The notes under the pieces are model-generated. The model was not told where the DNA came from. It saw nothing but the letters and a program-made list of their open reading frames with translations, and did no database searches. Below, piece by piece: positions 1 to 14,000 of a stretch of DNA of 64,000 nt. Made by a program: the position numbers and the translations under genes. The first letter of the stretch is position 1. Each line of letters opens with the position of its first letter. Where the stretch lies: contig NMRA01000118.1 of assembly GCA_002633005.1 (NCBI GenBank), forward strand, positions 310,707 to 374,706. The letters are read 5' to 3'. This stretch comes from Phoronis australis. Lineage: Eukaryota > Animalia > Phoronida.

Positions 1-608
1 TTCTACTAAAACAGGAATAAGTTGATCGTATTTTGTAACAGAAGAAACAACTAGACAATGAAGGATTTGATAAATTGGCTCGGAGTCAAATTACAAAAGT
101 GCTCATGCTCCAGCACTTTGCTGATAACCAAATCGTGTGCAGTTTTTTTTTTGTATCAAGCGCAGTACGGAACACACTCACTAAACCAATTGAAAGAGTT
201 TTGCTAAACTACTGCTTTCAAGTAATTTAAATTGCAAAAAAAACATCCGAGATGACGTCATAAGGAGAAATTGAACTTTTTAGTGCCTGGCAACCTCAGG
301 GAGATTAAAATCTCCCTGCGTTGATTCCATTTACAGTACGTGTTCACGATTTACTGAACACATGCGAGGGGATTTTTCTGGAAATTAGAGAAGGCACGGT
401 TCTTGAGTCGTATATATTTACAGTATGAACATAATAAGCAAATAACATGAAAGTTGGAGTGAGCTTAAAGTTGCATTTCGCCCTGCCTTTTAGCTGTCTA
501 AAAACGAAAATTGTATTTGGACTTATGCTTTCATAATATCGATTTCATGTTATTTCTTGCCATCGTGATGAGACTCGATTTCCGTTACCAACAGGAGCAT
601 ATAATCCA

Positions 609-771
609 CAGTGCTGTAGTGGTAAAATTAGAGGTAAGAAGGCGCCCAAAGCCCGCCGTATCACGTACCTTGAGCACTGAGCGTAACTTACGGTGCGTAG
701 GCGCTACGTTCAAATGCCAAAAGGTGGTTGGCTGCGCCTACGTGTTCTCCGTACGCCCCACTACAGCACTG
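609..771. mobile_element. hAT-type MITE (163 bp)
   Basis: Perfect 14-bp TIR CAGTGCTGTAGTGG (609-622) / CCACTACAGCACTG (758-771), flanked by identical 8-bp TSD ATAATCCA (601-608, 772-779). An 8-bp TSD with CAG termini is typical of hAT. Confidence 0.85.
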
Positions 772-854
772 ATAATCCATCAGCGACTCAAAAAAACTCC
801 AGTGTATTTGTCTTGACCAACATTAAAGTTAAGAATTCGATGAGAGGGAGCATG

Positions 855-1172
855 CAGTTGCGGATTTAGAGGGGGGCCTAGGGGGCCATGCTTCCCCCCC
901 CCTAAAATTCTCCTAGATTCCATTTGGCAGGTCGGGGTGAGAATTTCTGACTGACATATGCGCTCACCCGGGGGGCTCAGGGACGAAAGCACAATGCATA
1001 TGCCTTGAACAAACCACGTTTACCGTTTTCTTTTTTAGTAATAAGGTCCACAAACCCAAAAATTCGAGACCCCCTACATCCCTACATTTTAGGTTGGACG
1101 CGCAAATGTGGTAAAATTCTGGTTATTCCTGTGTCCTGGCCCCCGTAATTCAAAATCCTGGATCCGCCCCTG
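855..1172. mobile_element. Degenerate hAT-like MITE
   Basis: Imperfect TIR CAGTTGCGGATTTAG ... CCTGGATCCGCCCCTG with internal G/C runs. No exact TSD (only GCATG shared). Confidence 0.5.
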
Positions 1173-1870
1173 GCATGTGCATGACTTGCATTTCCCGTGA
1201 CTTCAGTTGGTAACGGAAGTTTAATTGTACCTTATTACTCTACCATCGGATCATTGACACAAAAAGTAATGTTTTTCATTACAACTACTGTACTATGAGG
1301 ACATGCTTGCAAACAGAACTATGTGAAGGTTAAAAATGTCCACATGTGAACGTGGGGGAGTTATCGAACGACTTGCCAATAAATTCCTACATAATTTATG
1401 TCATAATAATCTTTATTATTGATTTCATAGTTTCCATTTGCACATCAAAAAAACAAAAAAGCGTTCCTTTGTTCTTACTTTATATTTGTCATCGTTCAAT
1501 ACGAATATGAATTTGAAGTGATGTGTTATTAAGATAAATATAGATTATTACATGGCGAAGTCGTTATCCCCCGTTATCTAGAGCCCGAGTGGATTTTGGA
1601 GAATTATCGCCCGAGGGGCGTAATTATTTAGAGAGGTTAAAACATGTTAAGCTTGTCTATAACATGGTCCCCTAAATCAAACTAGAACAAGGTATAGAAT
1701 ATTAAAAATAAAGTAAATAAAGATAATTTTAGGATGAGATACATATAGATGAGAATGACTAAGTAAAATAGAATGATTATAAATATTAAATGAGATAAGA
1801 AGGATTGTTTAAATACTTCGGTTTCGCTTTCATCTACGCTGCTCTCGGTACGTTTTGTGAATATCTTATA

Positions 1871-1914
1871 TTATCTTATCTTATCTTATCTTATCTTATC
1901 TTATCTTATCTTAT
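1871..1914. repeat. (TTATC)n pentanucleotide microsatellite
   Basis: About 9 perfect copies seen directly. Confidence 0.95.
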
Positions 1915-2479
1915 GTCATTATATGTTTGTGGCCCATAGCTGTTGGTCCACATCACGTGATTAAAGGCGATAAAAATTTGTCATATTCAGCTGTAACGTA
2001 GGAACCGACATCAACAAAGACAAAAAAGTAATGCATAATTTAAAACTAACTGTTTTTGTGTTTATAAACAACTGAGCATATTCTATTCGATCTAAATGTT
2101 CCTTTTTGTAATGGTTGCTAGGCGTAACTGTAGCGTATCGAGAAAAAAATTCAGTAATACTTGTTGCGAAAAAATTGCGGACGTGTTTGAACTCTGACTA
2201 CAAGCTTAATCACCGCATGCATTTCAGAAATACAGAAATGGGGAACAGGTATTTTCAAATTTTGTATTTACTGCTACAAATAAGAAAAATACAAACTTAA
2301 TCAGACAGTTGTAAACAATTATTATCTTTTAGTACAAAACTGCTTGTGGATGTGTTGAATATTTGATATGTTTTGAGCCACGAGACATTTACCCCCGGCA
2401 ACGACATTTACTGCAGCCGGATCATATCTCCTCTAAATCCCAAAACTACAAACTGTATAATATCACCACGGCCTGTTTA

Positions 2480-3769
2480 GGACTTGATCAAGGGGGAATT
2501 CAAATGGTTAATATGCATACTTTCAGCAAAGCTTTAAAACTCGCTATCTTGAAAGCCCTGCGTCTAAAAGTGGTGAATTATTGTACTCACTCTACCCGTT
2601 CTTAAAGAATTTTGCTTCATTTGGAGATGACTTTATTAAGTCGAAGTTAACTCTAATTGGTAATTCCTACTGGCGCAACGTATTTGGAAGTATGCTATCT
2701 TTCTAGAAAAAATAATTGTTGCGAGTAAAGAGGACTTTTTGAACCAACCTTTGTGGTTTAATAGTAACTTGGCGATCGGAGGCACAGGTGTTTTTTTGTA
2801 AGCCTTGGTTTGTAAAAGGCTTAAGATTTATTAGAGATATGTGTACCTCTGATGGTGATTTTGTTAGTCTAAACAATGTGAAAAATAGGTTCGACGTGAA
2901 AACCAACTTTGTAGAACATAATGGTGTTGTTTCTGTTCTAAGAAGGTTTCAAAAAGTCTATTTCAAAGTAAATTTAAAAGTGTTAATGTCTACTCTCCTT
3001 GCATGCCTTTAGCAATTACTCACTTACGGAAAGATTTGAAGGGTTGTAGACATATTTGTTCAGTCTTTAATGACGTTAAGAAACCTAAGTCAGAGTGTAA
3101 ATGGGAAATAGAGCTAGGAGATAGTTCAGATTGGAAGAAAATATATGCTTTACCTTACAAAATTACAAAGGATCCCCATATTAGATGATTCCAATTTAGA
3201 ATGCTACATAGAATTATTGCAACAAATACCTTTTTAGTCAAAATATGGGTTAGGGATTCTGATCTATGTTCCTTTTGTAATAAAGCTCCAGAGACGCTGT
3301 CACACCTTTTTTGGGAATGTAACTTTGTACAAGATTTCTGGAAGGAATGCGGAAAGCTACTTCAAAAGTGTGGCATTCAGCTTCCAAACTGTCTGTCTTA
3401 CGATAGTGTTATTCTTGGACTTTACAAGACGCATGATTTTCTATTTAACATTTTGCTTCTACTAACTAAACAGTACATTTACAAGGAGAGATGTCACAAA
3501 AATATACCTAATTTTCTCAAGTTCGTTACAAAAACTTATGAATACTATAATGCTGAAAAATTAAATGCACATAAAAACTTTGTATATGACAGCTTCTCTG
3601 CGAAATCGGAAAATTTTATTGTTCATGTTAACTTCATGTAGAAGATATTTACTTTAAACGAGATATGAGAATGGTCTTCCTGAGGTGTGTATGCATGAAT
3701 GAATGGTGTAATTACTTGTTTGTTTGTTTTTGTAATTGTTTGTAAATGATAATAAATTCATAAAAAAAA
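2480..3769 (+). mobile_element. 5'-truncated, decayed L1/Tx1-like non-LTR retrotransposon (ORF2 C-terminus with zf-RVT-like zinc knuckle)
   Basis: Collinear broken frames: DQGGIQMVNMHTFSKALK, QPLWFNSN, IR*FQFRMLHRIIATN...CSFCNKAPETLSHLFWEC. Frameshifts and an in-frame TGA at 3186-3188. AATAAA plus A-tail at about 3751-3769. No TSD seen. Confidence 0.85.
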
Positions 3770-4354
3770 TTTCAGACAAAGTAATTTGACAAAATTGACC
3801 TTATTTCATTCTTAAACGGCCGATCATATTGTAAATGTCTGATGGTGGCTCGAATATTGACCAATTTCGTTTAAAAACAATATCTAAAGCGTTAAATAGG
3901 TGTTAATTAATCATCTTATAAGTACCTTATATCTTATGAACATCAAATGAAAACGAAGTTTCCTGTCGGCCACATGCACGTATTGTGTCCTTACGGGGTC
4001 ACAAATGTGTTCCCACGAATTAAAGTGAAACCCAAATGGCCGTTGAATAGCTCGTCGACATTACTTTTGTGTTCCGTGCCACGTCAGTTTAAAAAAAAAT
4101 GTAAACCCAATCGAGCCTAACGTGGAATAAAAGCCCTTTCAAAACAGCAACAATAAAATAAAAAGGCTAAATGGTATCGGAGATTGTCTCTGTCAGGTGA
4201 TCGTAAAATCGCCAGTGGGGTGGGGCGGGTGGGGGTGCCATGTTCTCTTGCCTCTACAACCATCTACTCTCCTAAATATCTTTTTGAAAACACTGTGCGC
4301 GTTAATTTCCTTTTTATAATCATCGTAGTATATAACTGGGTGACGCACTGCGTA

Positions 4355-4515
4355 CACCACGCTAGTGCTAGCTTACCGTAGCCTACCAAATGGTTTTCAT
4401 TGTGTAGGTACATCACGCTAATGCCAGCTTGCCTGCTCTTCCAAGTGGTTTTTCACTATGTGGGTATATCACACTTAGCGCTGACTTGCCGAGCCTACCA
4501 AAATGGTTTTCAGTG
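4355..4515. repeat. Degenerate tandem repeat, ~56-bp unit, about 3 copies
   Basis: Recurring CAtCACgCTA..GC..GCTTgCC...CtaCCAAaTGGTTTTCA at 4355, 4411 and 4467. Confidence 0.7.
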
Positions 4516-6570
4516 CATCATCCCTTTCCCATTAACCTGCAGTTAGCCATTTCGTAGGACTTGTACGACATTCAGTTATATGGCAACCGACCGGTCACCG
4601 ACAGTTATTCCTTACGTAGTTTACGCATAATTTTAATAGGAAAAGACACAATGGCTACGTACAGATAGGGACACCCGAGGATGAACAAAGCGAAACAGAG
4701 CTCGCATTTTCAGGTGTGTTAAAAAGATGTTTCAATGTCTACCATACAACTATACATATATAGGCCTCAGTACACGCTTATCGATCGACTCTGCAGATCA
4801 GGTTATGACAGTGAATGACAAAACATTTAAAAAACAAGTCCCAGTCGTAAGGATAAAAACGACAAGTTCCAGTATTTATAGTTTTCAGTACTAGCACCCA
4901 TAAAAACTTTATCCTCAACTGGTATATAGACTTACCGGTGCTGCTCAGTAATGATAGCAAAGCGAAGAAAAATAAGAGAAAAACACGAGCCATCACGCCT
5001 CCAAATATGACGTGCTTATTACTTTGATTTTATAGCACTTGGGTTCGTCGCGTCTTATAACATTTATGAAGAAGTCTATATCCAAGCTGATCCAACGGTT
5101 TTAACGAAACACGTTTATCGTTCTCTCGTGACCTTCGTCCGCTTGACGTTCACCTGGTATGTTAAAGCGAAACAACGTTTCATTCTTTCCTGTTGACCTA
5201 CCACATGACCCTCCAGCGCCCATCATATTGGCCTCACCTTTGCGATGAACAATAGAATTGCGTGGTAGCTTCCACAAATAGGGAACATACTTTTCATGCC
5301 CGTAATATTCATTAGCGTGGATTACGAGCGTACTTAAGGGCGTCAATAGGAGTGAATATTACCAGCGTAAGCGTAAACTTATGAGCAGAAGACTGGGTAA
5401 TCTGTTAATATTATGTAGACACTAGAAATATGGTCAAGTTTGGCTACCTTCGGAACATAGGCCTATATCTTACCGCAGAATTGGTTGAATTAATTCATAG
5501 ACGGGAAACTTTCAGATATGATTGTTTATGCAATAATCTCCAAAACGCTGTTAATTGTCTTTAAAACATTCTACTTTCGCATGAGAGGCTAAAAATCTAT
5601 ATAGGACTTTTATGATTTTTGTGAAAAAATCGAAACGTTAATTTTGGAAAACTGGAACAGCGTTTTTTAGATTCAATCTTTGTCATGTTATTGATGTTCA
5701 ATTGTTATTTGGTTAAGAATGTAACTTTCTCATACTATGCTAAATTTTCCTGAAAAGAAATATCTACGAGGCCATGACAGTCCGGCAAGTCAATTTCCAC
5801 CCAGCGGCCAACGACACTCGAGTGTAAGTCAGTGGCGCCGTGGAGATTATTAAAAGCACAACATGCTCGAACGAGCCCCCCCATTTGGCGGAGTGGGCAA
5901 AATGGTCCCGGGGTCTCAAGAGAAAACGAGACAAAAGTCCACTTAAAGGCGCAGGCGCACAGTGAAGGTGGTACCCCGTTTTTTAAGTTCTCCCGGTGCT
6001 TTTTTGTCAGCAAAAGATCCACATCGCCAGAAATTCGAGCCCCCCCCCACATTAAAGGCTGAGTGCGCGCATGCACAGAATGGTTGACATGAGAAACAGC
6101 CGGACGGTCTTTTGAAAAATTCTGTCCTCAACTGAGTTGGGCATTGGGAATGGTATGGGAACTGATCTGGTTCCCAGAACGGCAATAACCCGGCTAAACA
6201 AAGCCTTTCCATATACTGTAATCTCAATGACATCAAGCCAAACGGGAAAAACTTGCATTTACCTATATTGTATAAATTTCCAAAAACAACTCATGATCAC
6301 CATGGCCCAACAACGTTCTCTGAATTTTTTACTTTCGATACAAGAGTTCTATTGAAGTTCATGCAAGTTAATAATTAATCATTCAAATTTCCGCAGTGAT
6401 GTAGGGTCCAGCCCATGCCACAAGGGTCAAACAATGGACAGCCTTAGGGGACATGAGGTATTCCTTTACTACAGCTCAACAAACTTGGTCCAGTGGGGTG
6501 CCTGAACTCACTCTCCCCTTTAAATTTGCAAGTGATATAAAAACCAGCTGACACTGAGTGAGGGAAACTG

Positions 6571-6576
6571 TTTATT
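6571..6576 (-). promoter_or_regulatory. Candidate polyadenylation signal AATAAA of the giant gene (3' UTR about 6555-7831)
   Basis: TTTATT on + strand about 1.26 kb past the stop codon; intervening sequence is U-rich on the minus strand. Inference; needs transcript data. Confidence 0.45.
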
Positions 6577-7831
6577 TGAAAAACTCACAGTGTAGATTAA
6601 ATAGAACACACATCACAGGTGTGCCTAATCAATAGGCACAAAGCACTGAACCACAACAACGCATACATTTTCTGCAGGGAAAAAGAAAAACAAACAAAGC
6701 AGAACACTATTAAGGCATTACAAACGCATTGCCAAATAAAGACTGCTGATCATTAAGACTGTCATTATATAATGAATGTGACACAAAAAACACATCATTA
6801 AGTGTAAAGAATCAACATTGAATGGAATCAGTTTTAGGTATATCACTGTTACATACACGATGGCATATTTTTGTGCATTAAAATTATCAAAAATAAATAA
6901 ATTCGTTTTAATTAGTGAGAACTGTGCAAAAAGTACAATGTAGACTGCTCACATCAAGTCACATTGTAGTGAACATATATGACGTAATGCAATTAAAAAT
7001 AGAATGTCAAGTATTAATTTCAAAAAATGGAATTACCAAGTATCTTCATAATAGAAACAACAAAAACATAGTCACACATCCGAATAAATAATACGCATAA
7101 TAGATTTAGGACGGATACATAGTTAAGTGCACAAGTCATAGACGGATACAAATGTACACTATCTGTTCAACACAAGTCATGAGATAAAAAATCATAAGAG
7201 AACAAAGAATGTAAAATTCAGTGAGGCAGATATGTTTTGAGCATTTCCAGTTATAACGTGCAAAACAGACACATCTTTCTCAACCACCAAATAGCAGCAA
7301 GATGAATGTGAGACAGATTTAATATTCCTGGCTGACAAAACTGCAAACTGCCTGGGAGATTCTTATATTACGCCAGCATAAAATGCAAGAGTAGGAGTAT
7401 TGGTATATTTAAAAACTAAACTCACTATACAAACAAAACATTTTCACTGAGAGAAGTATTTGGATATTCAGTCCTTGCTCACAGACAATGCAATTGAACT
7501 TTATAACAGAAAAAAATCTTCAACTGAGGATACACCATCACAGAAGAGTGTAATTTTATCCTTGAAAATTTTCTTAACAAAAACAAATATGAAGCAAGTT
7601 CACTCCATCTTATTGTGGTTTGTTCTGTATAGATGTCTTCAAACATTTACTAAAAATTTGAGAATTTGCAGCAATCTATTAAGCTTTAAAAAATTAAAAC
7701 ACGAACTTGGCATTTGTTATTTTTGTCTCAAACATTGGAGAATTTTTCCTCAAGTTTCTTGACATTGACATCACACTGTTTATACTGTGGACTCTCAGAG
7801 CTCGCAAATATCACAAATCAGACAACTTTTC

Positions 7832-8088
7832 TCATACATTGTCAGGGGTACCAGTCCCCTGTTTACGCGAGCCATACAACTGTTTGTCAGTAGGTGTCGC
7901 CGCTCTCTCAAAAGCGTTTCCGATCAGTCTGGGTTGGGGCCCGCTTGAATGAGTGGAAGAACTAGCAGAGCCGATCTTGTTCGTTTTGAGCTTCTTCACG
8001 ACGAGCGCTATAATGACTATCAGAATGACGAGTACAACGAATCCACCGACGGCAATACCCACAATAAGTGGCACGCTATTGACCGGAG
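7832..8088 (-). CDS. Exon 47 (terminal): single TM helix and ~54-aa cytoplasmic tail ending -DNV
   Basis: cag acceptor at 8089-8091, phase 1. VPLIVGIAVGGFVVLVILIVIIALVV then KKLK stop-transfer; TGA at 7832-7834. Confidence 0.9.
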
Positions 8089-11000
8089 CTGCAAGAGAAA
8101 GCAGAGCAGGGTTACATGAAGAATTATTATAGTATGGCAAACATCAGAATATACAAAAATTGTTGCAAGTTCTCAGTCTTGCCATTGATCAACATTACCA
8201 TAAATACCAGCAATCATTAATTCTACCTGTACCAAGAGAATGTTATTTTAATACTAATTCTACATGCTGATACAATGAGCAGGTCTGTTACTGCGCCATG
8301 TGCTTCTAGGCGAGTTTCATAGTTTTACAGACTATAATCACATTAAACTGGTCACTGTGATAGCAAATCACAACACCACCATACACCCACGATACACCTC
8401 CCTGTCGAGGTCCATCAAAATTCATTCTAGTCATTTTGACACTTGAATGACGTCAAGCAAGACCATAGATGAGTACCAACTGGTATATTAATATCATTCA
8501 CCAACATTTAGTGAATAATTGCATACATTCTATATATGGGGACTTTTTGGACAAGACCATATAATCTGTAAATTATACTTTGAACGGTTTGGCAGATAGA
8601 GCAGTGGACACCAAAAAACAATTCGTAAATAATAAAAATGACAACTAGCACAGAATATGTCAGATCCGTCCAAAAATTGGAAGGTGCCTTTGCCTCCTGA
8701 ATAAACACCTATTTGCCAAATTTTAGTACAGAAAAATCCGTCAAGCACCTCTGAAGATACAGAGGCAAACATAGAATACTAACAAGCGATTCTCAGAACT
8801 GTCTGAAAGTTGCCAACTTCTGGTCTCAGTGTCATGGGAACACATCTGCCGACTTTCAAGAATATCATACCAGCAAACGCTGCATACCCGGACACCAAGA
8901 CAGATGAAAACAATATGCAAGTATACGTGGCTGCATAAACAAGAAGTGGCAGACGGACACAGGTCCATAACAACCAATATTTATTGGTAACTTCACCTCA
9001 TATTAACTCCCAAATATCCAGAAACTTTCACCTTAAAAGCCTTTCATACTAACGTCGACGCGTCAATGTTTTGGGGAGTTGCGGTTAGTACGAACAGTTA
9101 ACTTTGGTCCTGGATCGAAGTTAACAGTGCCAGTTAACTTCACACTAAGCGGGTGAATTTAGCAGCAGACCGTCAATGCTGCGGTGCAGTACGAATGGTC
9201 AAGATCCATCACATCGAAGTTATCACCAGGTGCCACTGTTATTATCAACAATTACAGGGTAGCGCCGTCGCTAATAGTTACTTATATTTCGCTCTAATAA
9301 TCACAAATCAAACTAACAATAAGTTTTATGTCAATTAAAACATCATGTAAATGTTTCCAAATTGTCTTACTAAAAAAATCTTAGCTTGCAGCGCTACCTT
9401 GTGATTACTTCGATGACAACGTTGTCACCTACCATTTACTCTGAAGTTCGTTAACTATCTATTAAGCCAGTATGAATGGTTCCGTTAACTTCGCAGTTTA
9501 CGCTGACGCTCCACTCAGACCGGAGTTAAGTCAGTATGAAAAAGCTTTTAATTTCCTTCCAAGTCTTATCAACAATTAAAAGTTGATGTGATGTGAACTT
9601 GCTTTGTGTGAAATAAACTGCCTATTGTATACCTATGAGGGATATGTACTATTTCATGGGTGGCGCAGCACTGAAAAAAGTGGGGGGCTGTAGCCCCCAA
9701 CAGCCTATGGTGTGTCGCCCATGTATTTGACAGGCACATGAGCGTTGAAGTTTTCCGATGAGGTTATCAAAATTAGAAGCCAATAAAAAGCACATCTTGC
9801 CATGCAGAGACACACACAGGTAAATCTACACACTTTGCAAACTACAAAAGATGTTTCACATTTAATACAAAAGCACCCCAGTCTATGAAATTGTCTTAAG
9901 TTTACACCAATTTAATAACTGAGCTAAGAGTGCAACAATAACGGGCAAAGTGGGTGCATTGAGAGGACCATTTGAATCAGCAGCCCCAGCAGTACACTTA
10001 CGTATTTTTTCAGGAAATTTTACCATAATGTTGGTATTGAAAATTTGATATTTACAATAGATGAGAATGTCAATAACAGTTCTAAGCAGACCAGGGTTTA
10101 CATCAAATGTTACCATAACAAATACTACTAGATAAACAATACGACTGCTTTTTCCAATCATTGTTCATGTACTCTAAATTGAAACAACATCCATGGCTGA
10201 GTATAGTAAAGAAAATATATAGGTTATTTGTGTTCAATAGGCCTTATAAATTCATTCATCAGATAAGTTTATTACATGTTTTTTTAAGATTGAATGATTT
10301 GTTTGTTTGATATTATACATTGTTTGCACAGTAGAGATGTAAACAAAAATCTGATATATCATCTACCAGCTTGAATTTCAGCATGCGAAAGGAATGTGTA
10401 CAACAATATGAGCTTTCACCGATTTGAGATTGAAACAGTCGAGGAGTAACCATTTTGCTAAGCACGCACTGGTTGGGCGGTCAATATTTATTTATTAATG
10501 AATTGTTGGAAATTCAGGGCTGAGCATTTAGGTCAACGTAGGTGATAAATCAAACACACATCATTACACATGTGATAACAAAGAAAAGATATGTTGCCTA
10601 ACCTGAAGCTTTCTGAGTGGTGGAGGCATGCTGATTAGTCATGTGACCTACAGTCACTGTGGTAGAGCCAGCTGATAGGCTAGAGTCAGATGACGTCGTC
10701 ATGGTTGCAACAGTAGCTGTAAAGAATAACATGAAGTATACAAATTATAAATATTTTGCACTAACACATTATTTAGATTAATTACAAAAATGCAAATCAT
10801 GAGTAGAATTCAATCATAGAGTGTCAAGTATGAGCTGCATTTCGCCACTGTTTAGGCGAATTCTGAACCAGAATGGTCTAGGGTTTAGAAACGTTACCAC
10901 CCCCACCCGATGGATTTTGAAGAGTTGCAGAATGAACCCGTAAGTCACGCCACAGACAATGTACACATGCTATTTTCAAATTTGGAATTTTAGTGTTTGC

Positions 11001-14000
11001 CAACTCTATTAAACTCTTAAAAGTGTTCTCATGAGTTGCTGATAGTTGCAATGTTACCAACTACACAATCCTATCAATATTATTAGACCAAATTTATGAG
11101 AGGAAGGCCTAATTCTTGGGTTTAGCCAGAATGACAGGACAATTAAGGTAGTTTTAAACAAGGACACGATGAGAAATTGCAAAACTTAATATCACCATTC
11201 CTAACTACTTTTGGATTTTGGTTTTGTTTTCAAAAGTGATGCGAGCAAATTTAAAGAAAAATAATTAGTTGGGAGACATGTTGCATTTAACTTCAAAGGA
11301 AAACAAATGGTTATGGATAATATACCTGTCCAATAGAAACCATGCACAACTTGTGAATATTGAATTATGAGAAAAGTCCAATGGCAAGAGTTTAGCATTT
11401 TAAATCTTAAGGGTAAATAAATTCACACAGGGAAACTGTTTTTGTAGGTGATCCACATTTTGAAAAAAAAAACATTTTATGACGACTGGGTAACGGACAT
11501 ATATTCACTATGTATGATACAGAGTTATTTGTCGTATCGTCTATTCATGAGTAAATTGTATAGTGGAAACATACAGTGGTTATTGATGCACCTGCAAGGA
11601 TTATAGATTTTTATTGATCAATTGTTGAGGCAAAAAATCTAACAAAGGCTCAGGTCAAATCAAGGATAAGAAACACTTTGGGCTTGGAGGGAGTGTCTAG
11701 CCCACATAATGGCTAAGAATTTTGTGGGTGGTTATAAATCACAGGACGGTGTTGTTCACACACAATAGGCCTTTTGAAAGTGACATGGAAGTGAAAGAAG
11801 TTTTTCTTTGAGACCCCTGCTTTTAAGCACAGTTGGCCTATGAAAGTAAACACAGCTTAACCATGGGTTTATGGTCTTGGCTGACAAGATGACTGTGTTA
11901 TTAACCCCTATGGGTTTTGAATACACAAGTTTCGAATGTTCCCAGAAGTTGCATGAACCAAATCTTGTCACTGTTGGAAATTAATATTATTGTATCCCTG
12001 AAACAAAATTATTAAATTTTCATGATGATCAATGGGCTGGTCACTCTTTAATGAAGTTCATAATTAGAAGAAAAACAAGGCACAATATACCATGGTGAAC
12101 AAAAGTGCATTGAAAAACATCAAACCCTGTCTTAGCTGAAGAACCTACACTCTAGATGGTCAGATCACTGCACCTAATTCAGCACAATCATTAAAACTAA
12201 AGAAGGCTCATACAGCAATAACTGGCCTTGCCATGAATTATAATTACCAAGTTTGCAGCAACGAACCGAACCACAGCTGCAGTGAAAGAACTCGGACTGT
12301 TCAGTAGGGTAAAATAAGGAGCACTTACTAGCTTGTCATATTAAAAAGTAATATACATTATAAGTAGACAAAAACAACTATTTTAAAATGGCGCTATGTG
12401 AGGTTTTAATAAGCATCAAATACAATATGGCTGCTTACTGTTTGCAGCAGCTGTTGTGGGTGCGTCGGACGCCATGACAACAAAGATTGACAGGTGAGTG
12501 CTCTCGCACATGACCTGATTGCCCACTGTTCCTGCAGTTGAGACACCTTTTGTTGACCATGCTGCGCCAGCGTCGTCCCAATAATGACATGTGTAGACAC
12601 TGTTCACTTTGGCTTTGGTCAATGTCATGTTGATCTTGATGGGAACAGTTAGATTCTGTACCACCAGGTCATCACCTGAAGAAGGTCAAAAGTCAAAAAA
12701 GGTGTTAACCACACATTTTAACTTGGATAACATGGTAAAATTTCCCTATACTTTTGGATAAATATATTAATCATGTGTTCTTTTTCAAAAGATTCATTGA
12801 ATCAAAGCAGGTAGGGTGCCATGAACTGGTATTGTCAGACAAACATTCTTGGACACTACAGTATACAGAAGTTTTCAAACTAAACAGGACAACTTTGAAA
12901 ATAATGAAATTTCGTCAAATCCACTTCGTTTTGCCTAGTAGAAGCAGTTCAATTCTGGTTAAATGTCCCCAAAATCTAGTGTTGATTCAGGTAGTTTGTT
13001 GAAATTGTGACAACTTGTTCTGCAATATCCATACAGTCAGTGGCTAAACATAACATAATATTAAATTTAGCCTGAATTATACAAAAATGCAATTGTAGCA
13101 AAGGTTTGACTAAACTGTCAAATAATTCTGGCAAGATGTTCATCCAGGTTTGGCAGAGTCCAACAGAGTTCCATTGAAGTCTGTCTAGTTTATTTCGAAA
13201 CCTGTAACTGTACATACTTCAAAGCGATCAAGCACACTAATGCCACCTGGTGTGTGAAAATTTCACATATTTTCTAATGCTAATGTTCAACACCAGCAAA
13301 AACAAGTTTTTAATGTTTTGCTCATGATGAAAGCGAATAGTGAAAGCAGATCTTAAAAACACCAGTAAAAAAATTGATTCTTTCAGAAAGAATCCGGTTC
13401 CATGACAATAGATGTGGAAAAGTATGAAAGGAGTGTGACAAGGTGTGCCTGAGGTCACATATGAGGAAGTTTCACAATACATTTTAGTCAACATAGCGAG
13501 TAAACAATGCACACGATGTGTCTTATTAAGATGTACTTCTGAAAAAAACCCTTGTGATTTTGCAATCACATAACCCTGCCCTGTAGCTATAGTTTATATT
13601 TACCCAACGTGAAAATCTTGCATATATCTGTACCAGTAAGTAGCCTATATTCATAATTATATTAATATACTTTTCAAAATAATGGAATTGTGAGTGTGAA
13701 GTGAACTTAGGGGTTTCAGGCAGTATACACTGGACACACTATTACCAATGGTACAGTTTCCGTCCACAAAACAGTGCAAAAATTGAAATCAAATGATGTC
13801 TAAATTGTTCAGGCTACTCTTATCTTAAAGTTGTCTGAATAAAGTGCAGTTAAAAGTCATCGAGGGGAAAGACTTAAGATTTTTTAACAATCAAAGTTGC
13901 CAGACTGCCAACTCTGGACGGTCCATCACGACAATATGTTATGAAAGAATTTGCCCTACATTGAATAAATCAAACACACTAAGTTGAGCATGGCAGAAAG

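Noticed and set aside
4600-6360. Short ORFs and GC-rich patches downstream of the gene as a separate gene or promoter
   Set aside because: No coherent coding signal or splice chain; probably repeat-derived.
9883-10161. ORF with hydrophobic stretches as an alternative TM or GPI terminal exon
   Set aside because: No acceptor in the required phase gives an open frame; composition is intron-like.
12976-13215. LINE-like remnants (FRNKLDRL, ELFDSLVKPLL)
   Set aside because: Too short and scrambled to delimit or classify.
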